NCBI GenBank assembly: GCA_963828525.1
Contig: CAWHEP010000008.1
Span: 506,445-570,444 of the forward strand
Length of the DNA stretch: 64,000 nucleotides
DNA from: an uncultured Verrucomicrobiae bacterium
GTDB taxonomy: Bacteria > Verrucomicrobiota > Verrucomicrobiia > Chthoniobacterales > Chthoniobacteraceae
Direction of reading: 5' to 3'
Within the stretch, counting starts at the first letter, position 1; each line of letters begins with the position of its first letter. The notes beneath the pieces were generated by a model that made no database searches, had not been told where the DNA came from, and saw nothing but the letters and a program-made list of their open reading frames with translations. A program made the position numbers and the translations under genes. This document shows, in pieces, positions 38,571 to 49,633 of the stretch.

Positions 38571-39483
38571 GAGCCGGGCTGGCCTGGAGCCGGCATTTGC
38601 ACTCCTGAAGGTAGGACTCGTCGATCTCGAAACCTATAAAGCGCTCTACACCGCATTCGCGGGCGGCCAAGGCCGAGTTCCCTATGCCGAGGAAGGGATC
38701 CAGCATCACCATGCCAGGCCTGAGGCCGTGAAGCTTCAGACATTGTGAAGCGAGAGACACCGGGAATGTCGCGGGGTGAGGTCTTTCGGCTGCGCGGCTC
38801 TTTATCGTTTTGTAGGGGATGAACCAGTTATTGCCGCGACAACGCAGATCGCGCCCGCCTGTATGCCCCCACCGGGCGATGTTGCTTTTGTCAGAATAAG
38901 GCACCCCAACGGCGAGACGATCCAGTTTGACAGCGCCTGTCTTCGTAAAGTGAAAAATGAACTCATGACAATCGGTCAGGAATCTTTCGGACTGGATGGG
39001 CTTGAAATGGCCGGCCGAAATCTGATTGCCATCCTTTGTGGCTACGCTGATGGATTTGATCCAGTGAATCGTATTCTGAAGGACAAAGAGCGGGCGGAAA
39101 GCGCTTACAATCTCGTGGGGGAGCATGGGGCTGGCCGGCGAGGACCCGATGTTGAGGAAAAAGGAGCCCGTTTCGGAGAGGAGCCTTTTTAGCTGCGCGC
39201 CCCACTGGCAGCACCAATCCAGAAAGTCCACGCGCTGAGCAGAGTCCCGGTATGTGCTGTACACGATGTCCAGATTGTACGGCGGAGATGTTACAACGAC
39301 ATCCACGCACCCATCCGGGTAAAGACGCATCCCCTCAAGACAATCTCCGTGATGCAATTCGAACCGAGTAGAAGTCAGAGCGCCACCGGATGGCTCCTCC
39401 TTGGGGGCTGCCTGTGACGCCGCAGAGTGCCTGAATGAAACGACGCTCTCCACATCCGTCGCATTTCTCATTTTTTTTCGCAT
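38536..39483 (-). CDS. Site-specific DNA methyltransferase (N4-C/N6-A, beta class)
   Basis: GDCLEG, VVTSPPYN, HPATFP, LDPFLGIG. Confidence 0.9.
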   Translation of the reverse strand: MRKKMRNATDVESVVSFRHSAASQAAPKEEPSGGALTSTRFELHHGDCLEGMRLYPDGCVDVVVTSPPYNLDIVYSTYRDSAQRVDFLDWCCQWGAQLKRLLSETGSFFLNIGSSPASPMLPHEIVSAFRPLFVLQNTIHWIKSISVATKDGNQISAGHFKPIQSERFLTDCHEFIFHFTKTGAVKLDRLAVGVPYSDKSNIARWGHTGGRDLRCRGNNWFIPYKTIKSRAAERPHPATFPVSLASQCLKLHGLRPGMVMLDPFLGIGNSALAARECGVERFIGFEIDESYLQECKCRLQASPAPTSAEAILPGF

Positions 39484-39510
39484 AAGATTCCGCGTATCGT
39501 TCGCAGACGT

Positions 39511-40470
39511 ATGGCCGTACAATTTAAGGATTACTATGAAACGCTCGGGGTCGCCAAGAATTCGACCGGAGACGAGCTCAAAAAGGCATTCCGGAAGCTG
39601 GCTCGCCAGCATCATCCCGATGTCTCAAAGGACAAAAAGGGGGCGGAAGCGAAGTTCAAAGAGATCAACGAGGCTTACGAAGTTTTAGGCGATCCGGAGA
39701 AGCGGAAGAAATACGATACGCTCGGCGCGGACTGGGAACGAGGTGGGCCGCAGCCAGCGCACCCCGGCATGTCGGGATTTCCGCCACAGCGCGGAGGGCG
39801 GCCTGGCGGAAACCAGGGAGTCGAATTCGAATTCGGCGGGACGGGGTTCAGCGACTTCTTTGAGCAGTTCTTTGGAGGCGGAGGAGGGCGCCAGGCCAGC
39901 CCATTCGGGCCAGGCTTTTCCACCCAGGCCCGCGAGCGCCCGGGCAGCGATGTGGAAGCCGATATCCTGGTGACGATCGAGGAAGCGATCACGGGATCGC
40001 GGCGCAAAATATCGCTGCGCCGAACCGGGAAGTCGAAAGTGGAGACTTACGAAGTGAACATCCCGGCGGGGGTGCGTGAAGGACAACGCATCCGACTGGC
40101 CGGTCAGGGAGAGGCGGGGCAGAATGGGGCACTCTCGGGCGATCTTTTTCTTCGGGTGCATTTTGCTCAACATCCCGATTTTCAAGTACAGGGGACTGAC
40201 CTTATCCATGAACTGGCGCTCGCGCCCTGGCAGGCGGTGCTTGGATGCCAGGCGCAGGTGCCGACAGTGGAAGGCGAGGTGCGGCTGAAAATACCGGCTG
40301 GCACCCAGCATGGGCAGCGGTTCAGGTTGAAACAGCGCGGCCTGCCGCACGGGAAGAGCCGCGGGGAACTCTATGTGGACGTCCAGATCGCCCTTCCGAA
40401 GGAATTGAACGACAAGGAGCGAGCGCTCTGGGAGCAGCTCGCGGCGGAATCGCGCAACCCCGCGGTTTAG
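39511..40470 (+). CDS. DnaJ-class co-chaperone (CbpA-like, no zinc finger)
   Basis: J domain with HPD, G/F-rich region, DnaJ C-terminal domain. Confidence 0.9.
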   Translation: MAVQFKDYYETLGVAKNSTGDELKKAFRKLARQHHPDVSKDKKGAEAKFKEINEAYEVLGDPEKRKKYDTLGADWERGGPQPAHPGMSGFPPQRGGRPGGNQGVEFEFGGTGFSDFFEQFFGGGGGRQASPFGPGFSTQARERPGSDVEADILVTIEEAITGSRRKISLRRTGKSKVETYEVNIPAGVREGQRIRLAGQGEAGQNGALSGDLFLRVHFAQHPDFQVQGTDLIHELALAPWQAVLGCQAQVPTVEGEVRLKIPAGTQHGQRFRLKQRGLPHGKSRGELYVDVQIALPKELNDKERALWEQLAAESRNPAV

Positions 40471-40550
40471 TCCATGCAACCCTGAAGAACGGGACGGCGC
40501 GGAGCGGAAAGCCGGTTGATAAACCCCGGCAACTCTGGCAGAACGTTTCG

Positions 40551-41081
40551 ATGACGAATGACAACCTGGCCCGTTTGCGCGATGCCGTCCGTGATGTGCA
40601 TGACTTCCCAATTCCCGGGATAGTATTCAAGGACATCACCCCCGTCCTCGCGGACGGCGAGTTGTTCCGGATCGCTGTGGGAGGTTTCATCGAAGCCTGC
40701 GAAGGCCGGGATGTCCGGAAGATTGTGGGGATCGACGCGCGCGGTTTTCTGTTTGGCGCGGCGGTGGCGCACCACATGGGTCTTGGTTTCGTGCCTGTGC
40801 GCAAGAAGGGGAAGCTGCCGTATACGACGAAGTCGGTCGCTTACAAGCTGGAGTATGGCGAGGCGATCGTGGAGATGCATGTGGACGCGATCCAGCCCGG
40901 GGAAAAAGTAATCCTCATCGACGATCTACTGGCAACGGGCGGAACATCGGCGGCTGCGGCAAAGTTGATAGAGAGGATGGGCGGAGAGTTGCTCGAAGCG
41001 CAGTTCCTCATCGAACTGGAGTTCCTGAAAGGGGCTGCCATTTTGGAAGGCATCCCTCACAAAAGTTTTCTCAAGTTTTAG
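40551..41081 (+). CDS. apt: Adenine phosphoribosyltransferase
   Basis: DFPIPGIVFKDITP, GIDARGF, VRKKGKLP, LIDDLLATGGT. Confidence 0.95.
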   Translation: MTNDNLARLRDAVRDVHDFPIPGIVFKDITPVLADGELFRIAVGGFIEACEGRDVRKIVGIDARGFLFGAAVAHHMGLGFVPVRKKGKLPYTTKSVAYKLEYGEAIVEMHVDAIQPGEKVILIDDLLATGGTSAAAAKLIERMGGELLEAQFLIELEFLKGAAILEGIPHKSFLKF

Positions 41082-41151
41082 GCAACTTGGGATATGGCTC
41101 GGCACTGTTCCGCAACAGCGCGGGTATGGTTCTAGCTTATGCAAAGGCGAG

Positions 41152-44100
41152 ATGCCTGCCTTTGTATCGAAGATTCCGCCTGTAAAGAGGTTAAGAGACT
41201 GGCTCGCAAGCGACGATTTCTTCAATGGAAGGGTCATAGGTTCGTCGCTCGCGGGCTTTTTTGGCCTCACTCTGGTCGCAGCCACAGTGCTGTTCTCGAC
41301 ATTGCGAGACCATCGTCACGACAACGCCCGAGGGCGGACGCTGGACATCCTGAGAGTGGCGAACAAGGTCGAAAATGAACTGAACACACTGGAAACCGGC
41401 CACAGGGGATTCCTGCTAACCGGGGACAGCCATTATTTGCAGCCATACGAGTCGAGGAAATCGGCGCTCCTGTCCCGACTGGACGAGTTGATGAGCCTGG
41501 TGATGGAGGACCCGAAGCAAAGGGAGCGAGTGCCCCTAATGAGAAAGAATATGGAGGAGTGGCTTGCCAAAACGGTGGAACCCGAACTGGACAGTCACCG
41601 ATCAAAGCCGCAGGGGGAGATCGGCGATCTAACACCGGGAGAGCTATCGCGGTCCGCGCTGGGCAACGCGTTGCTTGATCTGGCAAGAAAATCCCTCGAA
41701 GCCTTGCAGTTGGATGAAGAAGAGTCGCTGCGTTCCGTCACGGAAGCCGAGCAGTTTGCGAACTCCTCGTTCCAGGTGCTGGTGTACGCGCCCAAGATCG
41801 AGAGCGTGATTTCAGAAATGGAGAAAGCCCAGTGGGGCTACCTGCTCACAGGACAAAGCAGCTTCCTGGAGACATACAAGCATGCGCAGAGTGAGTTTGG
41901 AGTAATCCATGGGCATTTGGCCGTGCTGCTGGGCGGCAACGCGCCGCAGTCCGCGATGCTGGCCAAGATAAAGAGCGGAGTCGAGCGGTGGCAGGCGGAA
42001 GCGGCGCTGCCAGAGATAGCGGCGCGGCAGCAGCGAGGGGATGTAGTGGCGGCGGTCGCCCATACAAACGGGAAGGGAATCATGGATCAGGTGCATGGCG
42101 CAGTCGGGGATTTCGAACGTTCCGAGTCCGACCTGTACAAGAAGATCAGCTTTAGCGCGCGGATGGATCACATGATCAAGGACGGCGGCTTCGCGGCTGT
42201 ATGCGTGCTCGCGATGGTGTTCCTTGCCGGATCCAGCTTCTACAGCTTCGCGGCGTACCGGAAGCATCTGCTCAAGATCGCCTCGGCGGAGGCGCAGACC
42301 AGGTCGATTATCGAAGCCACGATGGATGGCGTTATCACGATGGACGTCCAAGGACTGGTGCAATCCATGAATCCCGCAGCGGAGAAGATGTTTGGGTACA
42401 AGGCAGCGGAGATCGTCGGCAAGGCGGTTGGCAAGTTGATCCCACAGCGCCTGTTCATGCACGACATGGCCAATCTGGGAAGGGGCACGATCATGGCCGT
42501 GGGCAATCGGCAAAACTATTACCCGTTCCCTATCGAAATTTCGCTGAGCGAGATGAAGGTATCGGGAAGGAGGCAATACGTCGCGCTGATCCGTGACGTA
42601 ACCGAGCGCAAACGTTCGGAGGAGACTTTGCGCCATATCGGTCTTGGCGTATCGGCGACGACGGGCGAGGAGTTTGTGAGATCTTTGGTGAAACAGCTTT
42701 CGAAGGCATTGCAGAGCGATTTTGCCTTCATCATCGAAGTGATGCGAGCAGGAGGAGAGAATACGTGTTCGATGTTGATCGCGGAGCACGGGAACATTCG
42801 GCGCAAAGCGAACTACAAAATCTCCAACACGATATACGACGAAGTCCTGAAGAAAGGTTTCCGAGCATACGCGAGCGAAATCAGGGACAAGTTCCCGAAC
42901 GACGAGTTGTTAAATGAGCTAAAGGCGGAAAGCTTTGTCGCGATGCCTCTTTCCGACCATAACGGGCGGCCGATCGGCGTAATGGGCGTCCTGGACACAA
43001 AGCCGATGGAGGACATGCAGATCGCTGAGTCCACGCTGCAGATCTTCGCGGCGCGGGCCGGAGCGGAAATTGAGCGGAAGCGTTTCGAAGAAGACCTCGC
43101 GGCTGAGAAGGAACGCCTAGCGGTGACGCTGAGGTCAATTGGGGATGGCTTCATCACCACGGACGTTTCCGGCAAGATATTGATGCTAAACAATGTGGCG
43201 GAAAAGCTGACCGGGTGGAGCCAGGATCAGGCGCTGGGGCAGCCTCTCGTCGCCGTCTTCAACCTCATCAATGAGAGAACACGCAGACCCAGTCAGAATG
43301 CTGTTGAGCGCATCATTGAAACCGGCTCGGTGGTGGGGAACGCAAGCCACGCCATCATTGTGTCGCGGGACGGGAGCGAAAGGTTGATCGAGAACAGCGC
43401 GTCTCCGATCCGGGACAAAGCAAATCGCAAAGTGGGCGTCGTTCTGGTATTCCGGGACGTCACGGAGAAGTATCGCGCGGAAGAAGAGCGGCAGAAGGCG
43501 GAGAAGCTGGAATCGCTGGGTGTGGCGGCAGGCGGCATCGCGCATGACTTCAACAACCTGCTCACGGCGATCATCGGGAATCTTTCACTCTCGCTGACCA
43601 CGCTTTCTCCCGAGGAGGACATGCATGGGCGGCTGGCCTCCGCCAAGAAAGCGGCTCTAAGGGCGCAGGATCTCGCGCAGCAGCTCCTGACATTTGCAAA
43701 GGGGGGCGCGCCCCTCAAGAAGACCGCCTCTATCAGCAAGCTGATAAGGGACACGGTGACATCCTCGGTGAACGCGGCGAACGTCCGGTTGGATATCGAA
43801 ATGCCGACAGACCTGTGGGCTGTAGAAATCGATGCCGGCCAGATTTCACAGGTCATTGGGAACGTCACCCAAAACGCGCAGGAGGCGATGCCAGCGGGCG
43901 GGACAGTGACAGTCGTGTGCGAGAATTTCCACCTGCCCGCCGAGATCGCCGCTTTGGAGCCGCTACGCGTGGGGAACTACATCAAGATCACAGTGCAGGA
44001 CGAAGGTATTGGAATACCGGAAGAGTACATCAAAAAGATTTTCGATCCTTATTTCACCACCAAGCCCAAGGCGAGCGGTCTCGGTCTCGCCACTTCCTAC

Positions 44101-44673
44101 TCGATTATCAAGAACCACGACGGACTTCTTACAGTAGAGTCAAAGGCCGGGTGTGGATCGACCTTCAGGATTTACCTGCCGGCTTCGGACAAGGAGTTTC
44201 AAGCCGCCTCCCGCAGCAGCGCAACCGTCGACGAGTCTTATATTGGCAAGGGCCGGATCCTCGTGATCGACGATGAAGAAGCCATCTGCGCGCTTGTGAG
44301 TTGCGCGCTTACTCCGATGGGCTTTGACGTCACGGAAACGAACGACGGCGCCGAAGCCATCAAAGTGTATCAAGAGGCGCGCGACTGTGGAGAACCCTTC
44401 ATCGCGGTGATATCGGATTTGACCATTCCCGGCGGAATGGGAGGCCAGGAAGCAATCAAGCGGCTCCGCGAGATCGAACCTTCCATCAAAGCCATCGTCT
44501 CCAGCGGCTACGCCATGGATCCGGTGATGAGCCGCTACCAGGAGTATGGCTTCTGCCGCTGTCTCGCAAAGCCCTACGAGATTTCTGATTTGTGCCGCAT
44601 CGTGCAGGAGGTCGTCACGTCAAACAACGAGACGATGGTATATCACGACTTCGCCCACAGCCAGCTCGTCTAG
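41152..44673 (+). CDS. Hybrid sensor histidine kinase (2x CHASE3-like, PAS, GAF, PAS, HisKA, HATPase, REC)
   Basis: ETGHRGFLLTGD, NPAAEKMFGY, GGIAHDFNNLL, GLGLA, ILVIDDE. Confidence 0.9.
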   Translation: MPAFVSKIPPVKRLRDWLASDDFFNGRVIGSSLAGFFGLTLVAATVLFSTLRDHRHDNARGRTLDILRVANKVENELNTLETGHRGFLLTGDSHYLQPYESRKSALLSRLDELMSLVMEDPKQRERVPLMRKNMEEWLAKTVEPELDSHRSKPQGEIGDLTPGELSRSALGNALLDLARKSLEALQLDEEESLRSVTEAEQFANSSFQVLVYAPKIESVISEMEKAQWGYLLTGQSSFLETYKHAQSEFGVIHGHLAVLLGGNAPQSAMLAKIKSGVERWQAEAALPEIAARQQRGDVVAAVAHTNGKGIMDQVHGAVGDFERSESDLYKKISFSARMDHMIKDGGFAAVCVLAMVFLAGSSFYSFAAYRKHLLKIASAEAQTRSIIEATMDGVITMDVQGLVQSMNPAAEKMFGYKAAEIVGKAVGKLIPQRLFMHDMANLGRGTIMAVGNRQNYYPFPIEISLSEMKVSGRRQYVALIRDVTERKRSEETLRHIGLGVSATTGEEFVRSLVKQLSKALQSDFAFIIEVMRAGGENTCSMLIAEHGNIRRKANYKISNTIYDEVLKKGFRAYASEIRDKFPNDELLNELKAESFVAMPLSDHNGRPIGVMGVLDTKPMEDMQIAESTLQIFAARAGAEIERKRFEEDLAAEKERLAVTLRSIGDGFITTDVSGKILMLNNVAEKLTGWSQDQALGQPLVAVFNLINERTRRPSQNAVERIIETGSVVGNASHAIIVSRDGSERLIENSASPIRDKANRKVGVVLVFRDVTEKYRAEEERQKAEKLESLGVAAGGIAHDFNNLLTAIIGNLSLSLTTLSPEEDMHGRLASAKKAALRAQDLAQQLLTFAKGGAPLKKTASISKLIRDTVTSSVNAANVRLDIEMPTDLWAVEIDAGQISQVIGNVTQNAQEAMPAGGTVTVVCENFHLPAEIAALEPLRVGNYIKITVQDEGIGIPEEYIKKIFDPYFTTKPKASGLGLATSYSIIKNHDGLLTVESKAGCGSTFRIYLPASDKEFQAASRSSATVDESYIGKGRILVIDDEEAICALVSCALTPMGFDVTETNDGAEAIKVYQEARDCGEPFIAVISDLTIPGGMGGQEAIKRLREIEPSIKAIVSSGYAMDPVMSRYQEYGFCRCLAKPYEISDLCRIVQEVVTSNNETMVYHDFAHSQLV

Positions 44674-44684
44674 CCGAAACCGGC

Positions 44685-45503
44685 TCAGGGAATCAGCGCA
44701 CGGGACAGGCCGCCGCGCTTCATCTCGCGACTGACGTAGAGCACATCGGCGTACTCGCAGGAGAAAGGGCTGCGCCAGTGCCGCGGGTCGTAGAAAGCAA
44801 ACAATTCGAATCCGCGAGCCTGCATGAAGGCGTGGATCTCGGGAAAGAACGTGTGGCCCTTGTCCGCGGCGTCGAAGCCAGCCTCCGAATAGATAAGATC
44901 GACACGCCTCTCGCGCAGCATCCGTTCCGCCCCTGCCAACACTTGAAGTTCGAAGCCTTCCACATCGATTTTCAACAGGTCGATCCCGTCTAACTTCTGC
45001 TCCTCGCAGAATGAGTCGATGGTACGGATTAGCACCCGTTCTTTCCGGGATGCCGTTTCGGAGGCGGAAGCTGGCCGCATTAGCGAGTTTTCCCCCGCGT
45101 TACCATGGACGAAGATTTCGTAATCGCCGGCATGGTCACCCATGCCATGGTTGAACGCTCGCACCTTTGGAAATCCGACCGCGGCAGTGGACAGGGCGGA
45201 AAACGTCGAGGCCACAGGCTCGAAGCAGTAAATGCCGGCGCTGGGAAACGCCTTGGCGAAATAGCTCATCGATTGCCCGAAATTTGCCCCCACATCAAAA
45301 ACCACATCGACCACGCGCCCGCACCGCAGCTTCCCGATGTCCACGGCCATGTCCACTCCGAGGGGCAAAGAAGCATGGGAATAGAAGCGGCAGCCGAACC
45401 GATCAAGAAACCCCTGCCCTCGCGAGCCGACGACGCGGAGAATGTCTTTTATCAAGTTCTTGAACCGTCTGGAATTCACAAGGGACGCTTGCTGAGAAGG
45501 CAT
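44685..45503 (-). CDS. FkbM-family methyltransferase
   Basis: VFDVGANFG, CFEP, LLKIDVEGFE. Confidence 0.9.
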   Translation of the reverse strand: MPSQQASLVNSRRFKNLIKDILRVVGSRGQGFLDRFGCRFYSHASLPLGVDMAVDIGKLRCGRVVDVVFDVGANFGQSMSYFAKAFPSAGIYCFEPVASTFSALSTAAVGFPKVRAFNHGMGDHAGDYEIFVHGNAGENSLMRPASASETASRKERVLIRTIDSFCEEQKLDGIDLLKIDVEGFELQVLAGAERMLRERRVDLIYSEAGFDAADKGHTFFPEIHAFMQARGFELFAFYDPRHWRSPFSCEYADVLYVSREMKRGGLSRALIP

Positions 45504-45628
45504 CTCGGATTTCGGAGATTTTGCAGATCGCGAGAATACAGCGCTTCGCCTTCGAGCGAAGCCAAATCTCCGAACGTCCGAGACTCAGAGAGCTTATGAA
45601 CCAAACTCCGGGGCGCCGACCGGCCTGC

Positions 45629-47281
45629 TCAGGCTGCCAGGGAGGGCGCCGGGGCCGGAGGGATGTGCCCTTCGCGGCGCATAACATTATAAACGGCGCG
45701 GCGGAGTGAATCCTGAAAAACAGGTTTTGCGAGAAGCGTATCCACGTGATGAGCGGCGCCCTGCATGACAAGGGGGACACCGGTGTAGCCGGTCACCAAG
45801 AGCACTGGGAAGCGCCTGTTGCCCTTCTTAGCCTCTTCAGCGAGCTGCGTGCCATTCATCCCAGGCATGCCGTAATCGGTTACCAGGAGATCAAATTCCT
45901 CAGCCTCCAGCAGGTGAATGGCTGCGTGAGCATTATTGGCCATTACAACTTCATGACCATCCGCTCGGAGGTAGTTCGCCATGACATCCCGGCTTACTCC
46001 GTCATCGTCCACGACCAGTATCCGGAGAGGTCCGGCAAGCGCAGATGAGGGAGCGGAGACGACCGGTGAAGAGGAAGTTTGCGCGGGCAGGCGTATCCGA
46101 AATGTAGCGCCGCTGCCTACTTTGCTGTCGATCTCGAGACCGCCATCGTGGCGCTTCACGGCGCCGAACACCAGAGAGAGGCCCAGACCCGTTCCTTTAT
46201 CCCCTTTCGTGGAAAAGAAAGGCTCGAGACATCGCGCGCGAATTTCCTCCGTCATGCCGACGCCCGTGTCCGCGACCTCCCAGATGACATGGGAATCGTC
46301 AGAACGGGTGCGGATGGTGATGGTGCCACCACCGGTCATCGCATCCACAGCGTTAAAGATCAGATTGGTGGCAACTTCCCTCATCTCGCCCGGGTCGCAC
46401 TGGATGGAAGGGACTCTTTCCAAATCCAGGTCGATGTCGATGGTGCGACCTTCCACCATGGCTTGGTCCTTCCATTTGGGCTTCGTAAGGCGGACGCTTT
46501 CCTCGATAATCGCATTCAGGTTCGCGGAGGTGAATACATCCCCCTCGTCGCGAGGCCGGTAGAAATCGCGGAGCCTGCTCACAACGTTGGCAGCATCCCG
46601 GCCAGCGGTGTTCATAATCCTGAGATAATCGAGGACGAGATGCTGATCACCGAGCAGCTTTGGATCGCCAATGAGGAGGTCGCTGTAACCGACGACAGAC
46701 ATTAGCGAATTATTGAAGTCATGCACAACGCCACCTGCCATCTCGCCAAAGGCGCGCAGCCGTTCGAGTTGCAAAGCCTGCCGCTGGCTGTGTTTTAGTT
46801 CGGAAAGAGCGGAGGCTAGTTCATGGGTGCGGATGGAAACGAGATCCTCCAAGCCCCGATTCTGCTCCTGGAGTTCCAAATAGAGGAACCTGGTATGAAG
46901 CAGGTTGCGGATGCGCATTAACATTTCGGAAGGATCGAAAGGCTTGTTCAGCATGTCGGTCGCGCCGGCAGCGAGGGCTCGGCGCTTGTTCTGCGAGCTC
47001 GAGTCGCCGGAAAGCGCGAGAACCGGAAGGCAGAACTCGTGGGGAAGGATCGCCTTAAGGCGCTCCATGATCTGGAACCCATCCATGCCTGACATGAAGA
47101 GATCCAACAGGATCAGGTCGGGCTGAAATTCTTCAATGTTATCGAAAGTATCGAGGGGATCGTTGATCGCCCGGACATGATTAAAGCCGAAGCGGCTAAG
47201 AAAATTTGTAAGGAGGCAGGTGCTTGCCACCTCGTCATCGACGACGAGAATACGCGCGCTCTTCAGCCTCGCTTCCCTCAT
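45629..47281 (-). CDS. Hybrid histidine kinase/response regulator (REC-HisKA-HATPase-REC)
   Basis: ILVVDDE, GGVVHDFNN, GTGLGL, second ILVVDDD. Confidence 0.9.
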   Translation of the reverse strand: MREARLKSARILVVDDEVASTCLLTNFLSRFGFNHVRAINDPLDTFDNIEEFQPDLILLDLFMSGMDGFQIMERLKAILPHEFCLPVLALSGDSSSQNKRRALAAGATDMLNKPFDPSEMLMRIRNLLHTRFLYLELQEQNRGLEDLVSIRTHELASALSELKHSQRQALQLERLRAFGEMAGGVVHDFNNSLMSVVGYSDLLIGDPKLLGDQHLVLDYLRIMNTAGRDAANVVSRLRDFYRPRDEGDVFTSANLNAIIEESVRLTKPKWKDQAMVEGRTIDIDLDLERVPSIQCDPGEMREVATNLIFNAVDAMTGGGTITIRTRSDDSHVIWEVADTGVGMTEEIRARCLEPFFSTKGDKGTGLGLSLVFGAVKRHDGGLEIDSKVGSGATFRIRLPAQTSSSPVVSAPSSALAGPLRILVVDDDGVSRDVMANYLRADGHEVVMANNAHAAIHLLEAEEFDLLVTDYGMPGMNGTQLAEEAKKGNRRFPVLLVTGYTGVPLVMQGAAHHVDTLLAKPVFQDSLRRAVYNVMRREGHIPPAPAPSLAA

Positions 47282-47661
47282 GCGGGCTGGCGCAACAGAT
47301 CCTCGATAAGTTCCACCAGCGCGAGGGGATCGGGGGGTTTTGACATATACCGGCTATTTCCTCGAGTGACAAACTTGTCGCCGGTCTCGCTGCGGGGAAG
47401 GAGGCCTGTGAGGAAAACCACAGGGACATTGGAAAGCAGGGAGTCGGCCCTGGCTTCACAAGCCACGTCGCCCCCGTCTTTACCGGGCATATCAACATCG
47501 AGCAACATGATGTCTGGACGGAAAGTCCGCGCGGTGGCAACAGCGGAGCGACTTCTATTTTCGACCATCACCTCGAAGCATCCGGTCTTCTCCAGCATGG
47601 TCTGGACAAGGCGGGAACAGTTCGGATCATCATCCACAATCAGCACTTTTTTTTGATCCAT
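47278..47661 (-). CDS. Single-domain response regulator
   Basis: VLIVDDD, LLDVDMP, FLTG, SKP. Confidence 0.85.
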   Translation of the reverse strand: MDQKKVLIVDDDPNCSRLVQTMLEKTGCFEVMVENRSRSAVATARTFRPDIMLLDVDMPGKDGGDVACEARADSLLSNVPVVFLTGLLPRSETGDKFVTRGNSRYMSKPPDPLALVELIEDLLRQPA

Positions 47662-47789
47662 GGCCTCTTCCAAGCACAATCCATGCGCGAAAACTGGCGA
47701 GAGGAGATTTCGCCGATACCGATGGGTGGACTGAAGCTTTTACACGCGGAGTAATTTGGGGCAATATAGCCGCCTTGAAAGGTTTTCTC

Positions 47790-49554
47790 ATGGCTGGGTC
47801 CTCCTGCGTCCCGTCACGTTTGCGCGGATGGCTGTTCCGTTGCATGGTTTTGACAGGCCTTTGCGGCGCCTTGCATGCAGGCGCGGAGATCAAGGCTCCG
47901 GAAAGCGGCGTACCGGTACCGATGCCCGCAAGCATACAGGTGAAAAGAGGCGCGTCAGTGGAGATACCGTTGCGCATCTACGGGAGCCGCGAGGAAGCGG
48001 CACGTTTCCGAATCCGCAAACTTCCCCAGGATGGAAGTTTGTCCGCTCCCAAGATGACGTCTCGGGATGAGGCTGTCGTCACCTATAAGAAGTTCCGGGC
48101 GTGACAGCATCGATCACGATTCGTTCACGTACGCGGCGGCAACGAGCGCGGGCGTTTCGGCCGCTGCCACCATCGATATCGCGATCACGGATGATCCTCC
48201 AATCTTTGCGGTGCCTGGAACGGTGGATTTTGGAGAAGTGATCATCGGCTCATCGGCGCGACGGGAAATCCGAATAGAGAATCGAGGCTCGGGAACCTTG
48301 AGCGGAACTCTTGAGACAGACAAACCATGGAGCCACGAGGCGGGTGAGTATCGACTGAGCGGGGGAGCAAGGCGGGATATGTGGGTCGAGTTCGCTCCAG
48401 ATAAAGAAGGGAAATTCACTGGGCAAGCTCGTTTCCCCGGCCAACCGGAGCGTTTTACCGATCTTCAGGGAACGGGGAAGGCCCCGTTCAGCGTTTTCCC
48501 CCCGCAACTCCAACTCACCGTGGATGAGGCCTCACGCGTGAGGAGCGGCTCTTTCACGGTCACCAACCAGACCGGCGCCGAGAAGGCCGTAGGTGTGAAA
48601 CTGCCGGGGCGTCTGGCCGGCGTGAAGGAGTTGCTGCTGGCGGCGAACGCGAGGATGCTCGTCACAGTTACTACAAAAGCGGAAGATCTCGCCGCCCTGG
48701 ACGAGCCCATCCACCTTTCCACCCGGGGCTACGGGCTTGATCTGGAAGCGCGCGCCCCGGTGGTGAAGGCCATTCTTCGGACGACGCCGGAAGCGCTTTC
48801 TTTCAGTGAGACCAGCGCCGGAGACAAAGCGGAAGCAGTTCTGGTGGTCGAGAATGTCGGCGGTGAAAATGCTCCCGTGCATCTCGCGGCGGCGGCGCCT
48901 TTCAGCATCGCGGCGGATGACCAATCGTTCGTCCTCCCGCCCGGGCAGAGTAAATCCGCGAAGGTGACGTTTGAGTCGCGCGAGCCCGGGAATTACAGGG
49001 ACTGGGTCATCGTCAGGACAGCGGATGAAGAAACGCGCGTCTCAGCGGCTGGGGTATCTTCGGCCGCCGGCACGAGTGCTCTCCCTTTTAAGGAAGCCAC
49101 CGCTGTAACGGAAGAAGCGGAATCCGGTCAGCCTGTGTCCACCGCATCCCCGGTGAAACAAGTCCGCCTGATAAATGTAAGCGGAAATTCCTGCGAACTG
49201 GCGTGGGATGTGCCGGGCGGCAGCGTCGCCGGGTACGAGGCGCGCATGCGAAGCCTCTCGCTGGACGCGGAACGCAACCTGCGGATCGACTGGGTGCCGC
49301 TGAAAAAAGTCTCGTTTTCAAAGTCGAAAGGGGAAGCGCGGGCGCGCATCAAAGGGCTGGAAGATGGCCGACGATATACGTTGCGCATCATCGCGCTGGA
49401 TACCTTGGGACGTCCGGCGGATCCCTCCCCGGATTTCGTATTTACCACGAAAGAGGGATCGTGGCCTCACGTGACCCTGATGCAGGCGCTCCTGCTTGCC
49501 CTTGGGGCGCTGGCTTTTGGAATCGCGCGCGAACGATTCTTTCCGAGACGGTGA
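47790..49554 (+). CDS. Exported Ig-like/fibronectin-III protein with C-terminal membrane anchor (frameshift near 48095)
   Basis: Signal-like start in ORF 47775, continuing in ORF 48067: DSFTY, DFGEV.IG..., FN3-like LAW...GLEDGRRY, terminal TM plus basic tail. Confidence 0.65.
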
Positions 49555-49633
49555 GGCAGGCGGGCTCAGCGTGGTTGCGCGTTGCGATCGCGGTTTGTCG
49601 TGGAAGAGAGGCTGTAATCGGCTAGTTTCCGCT

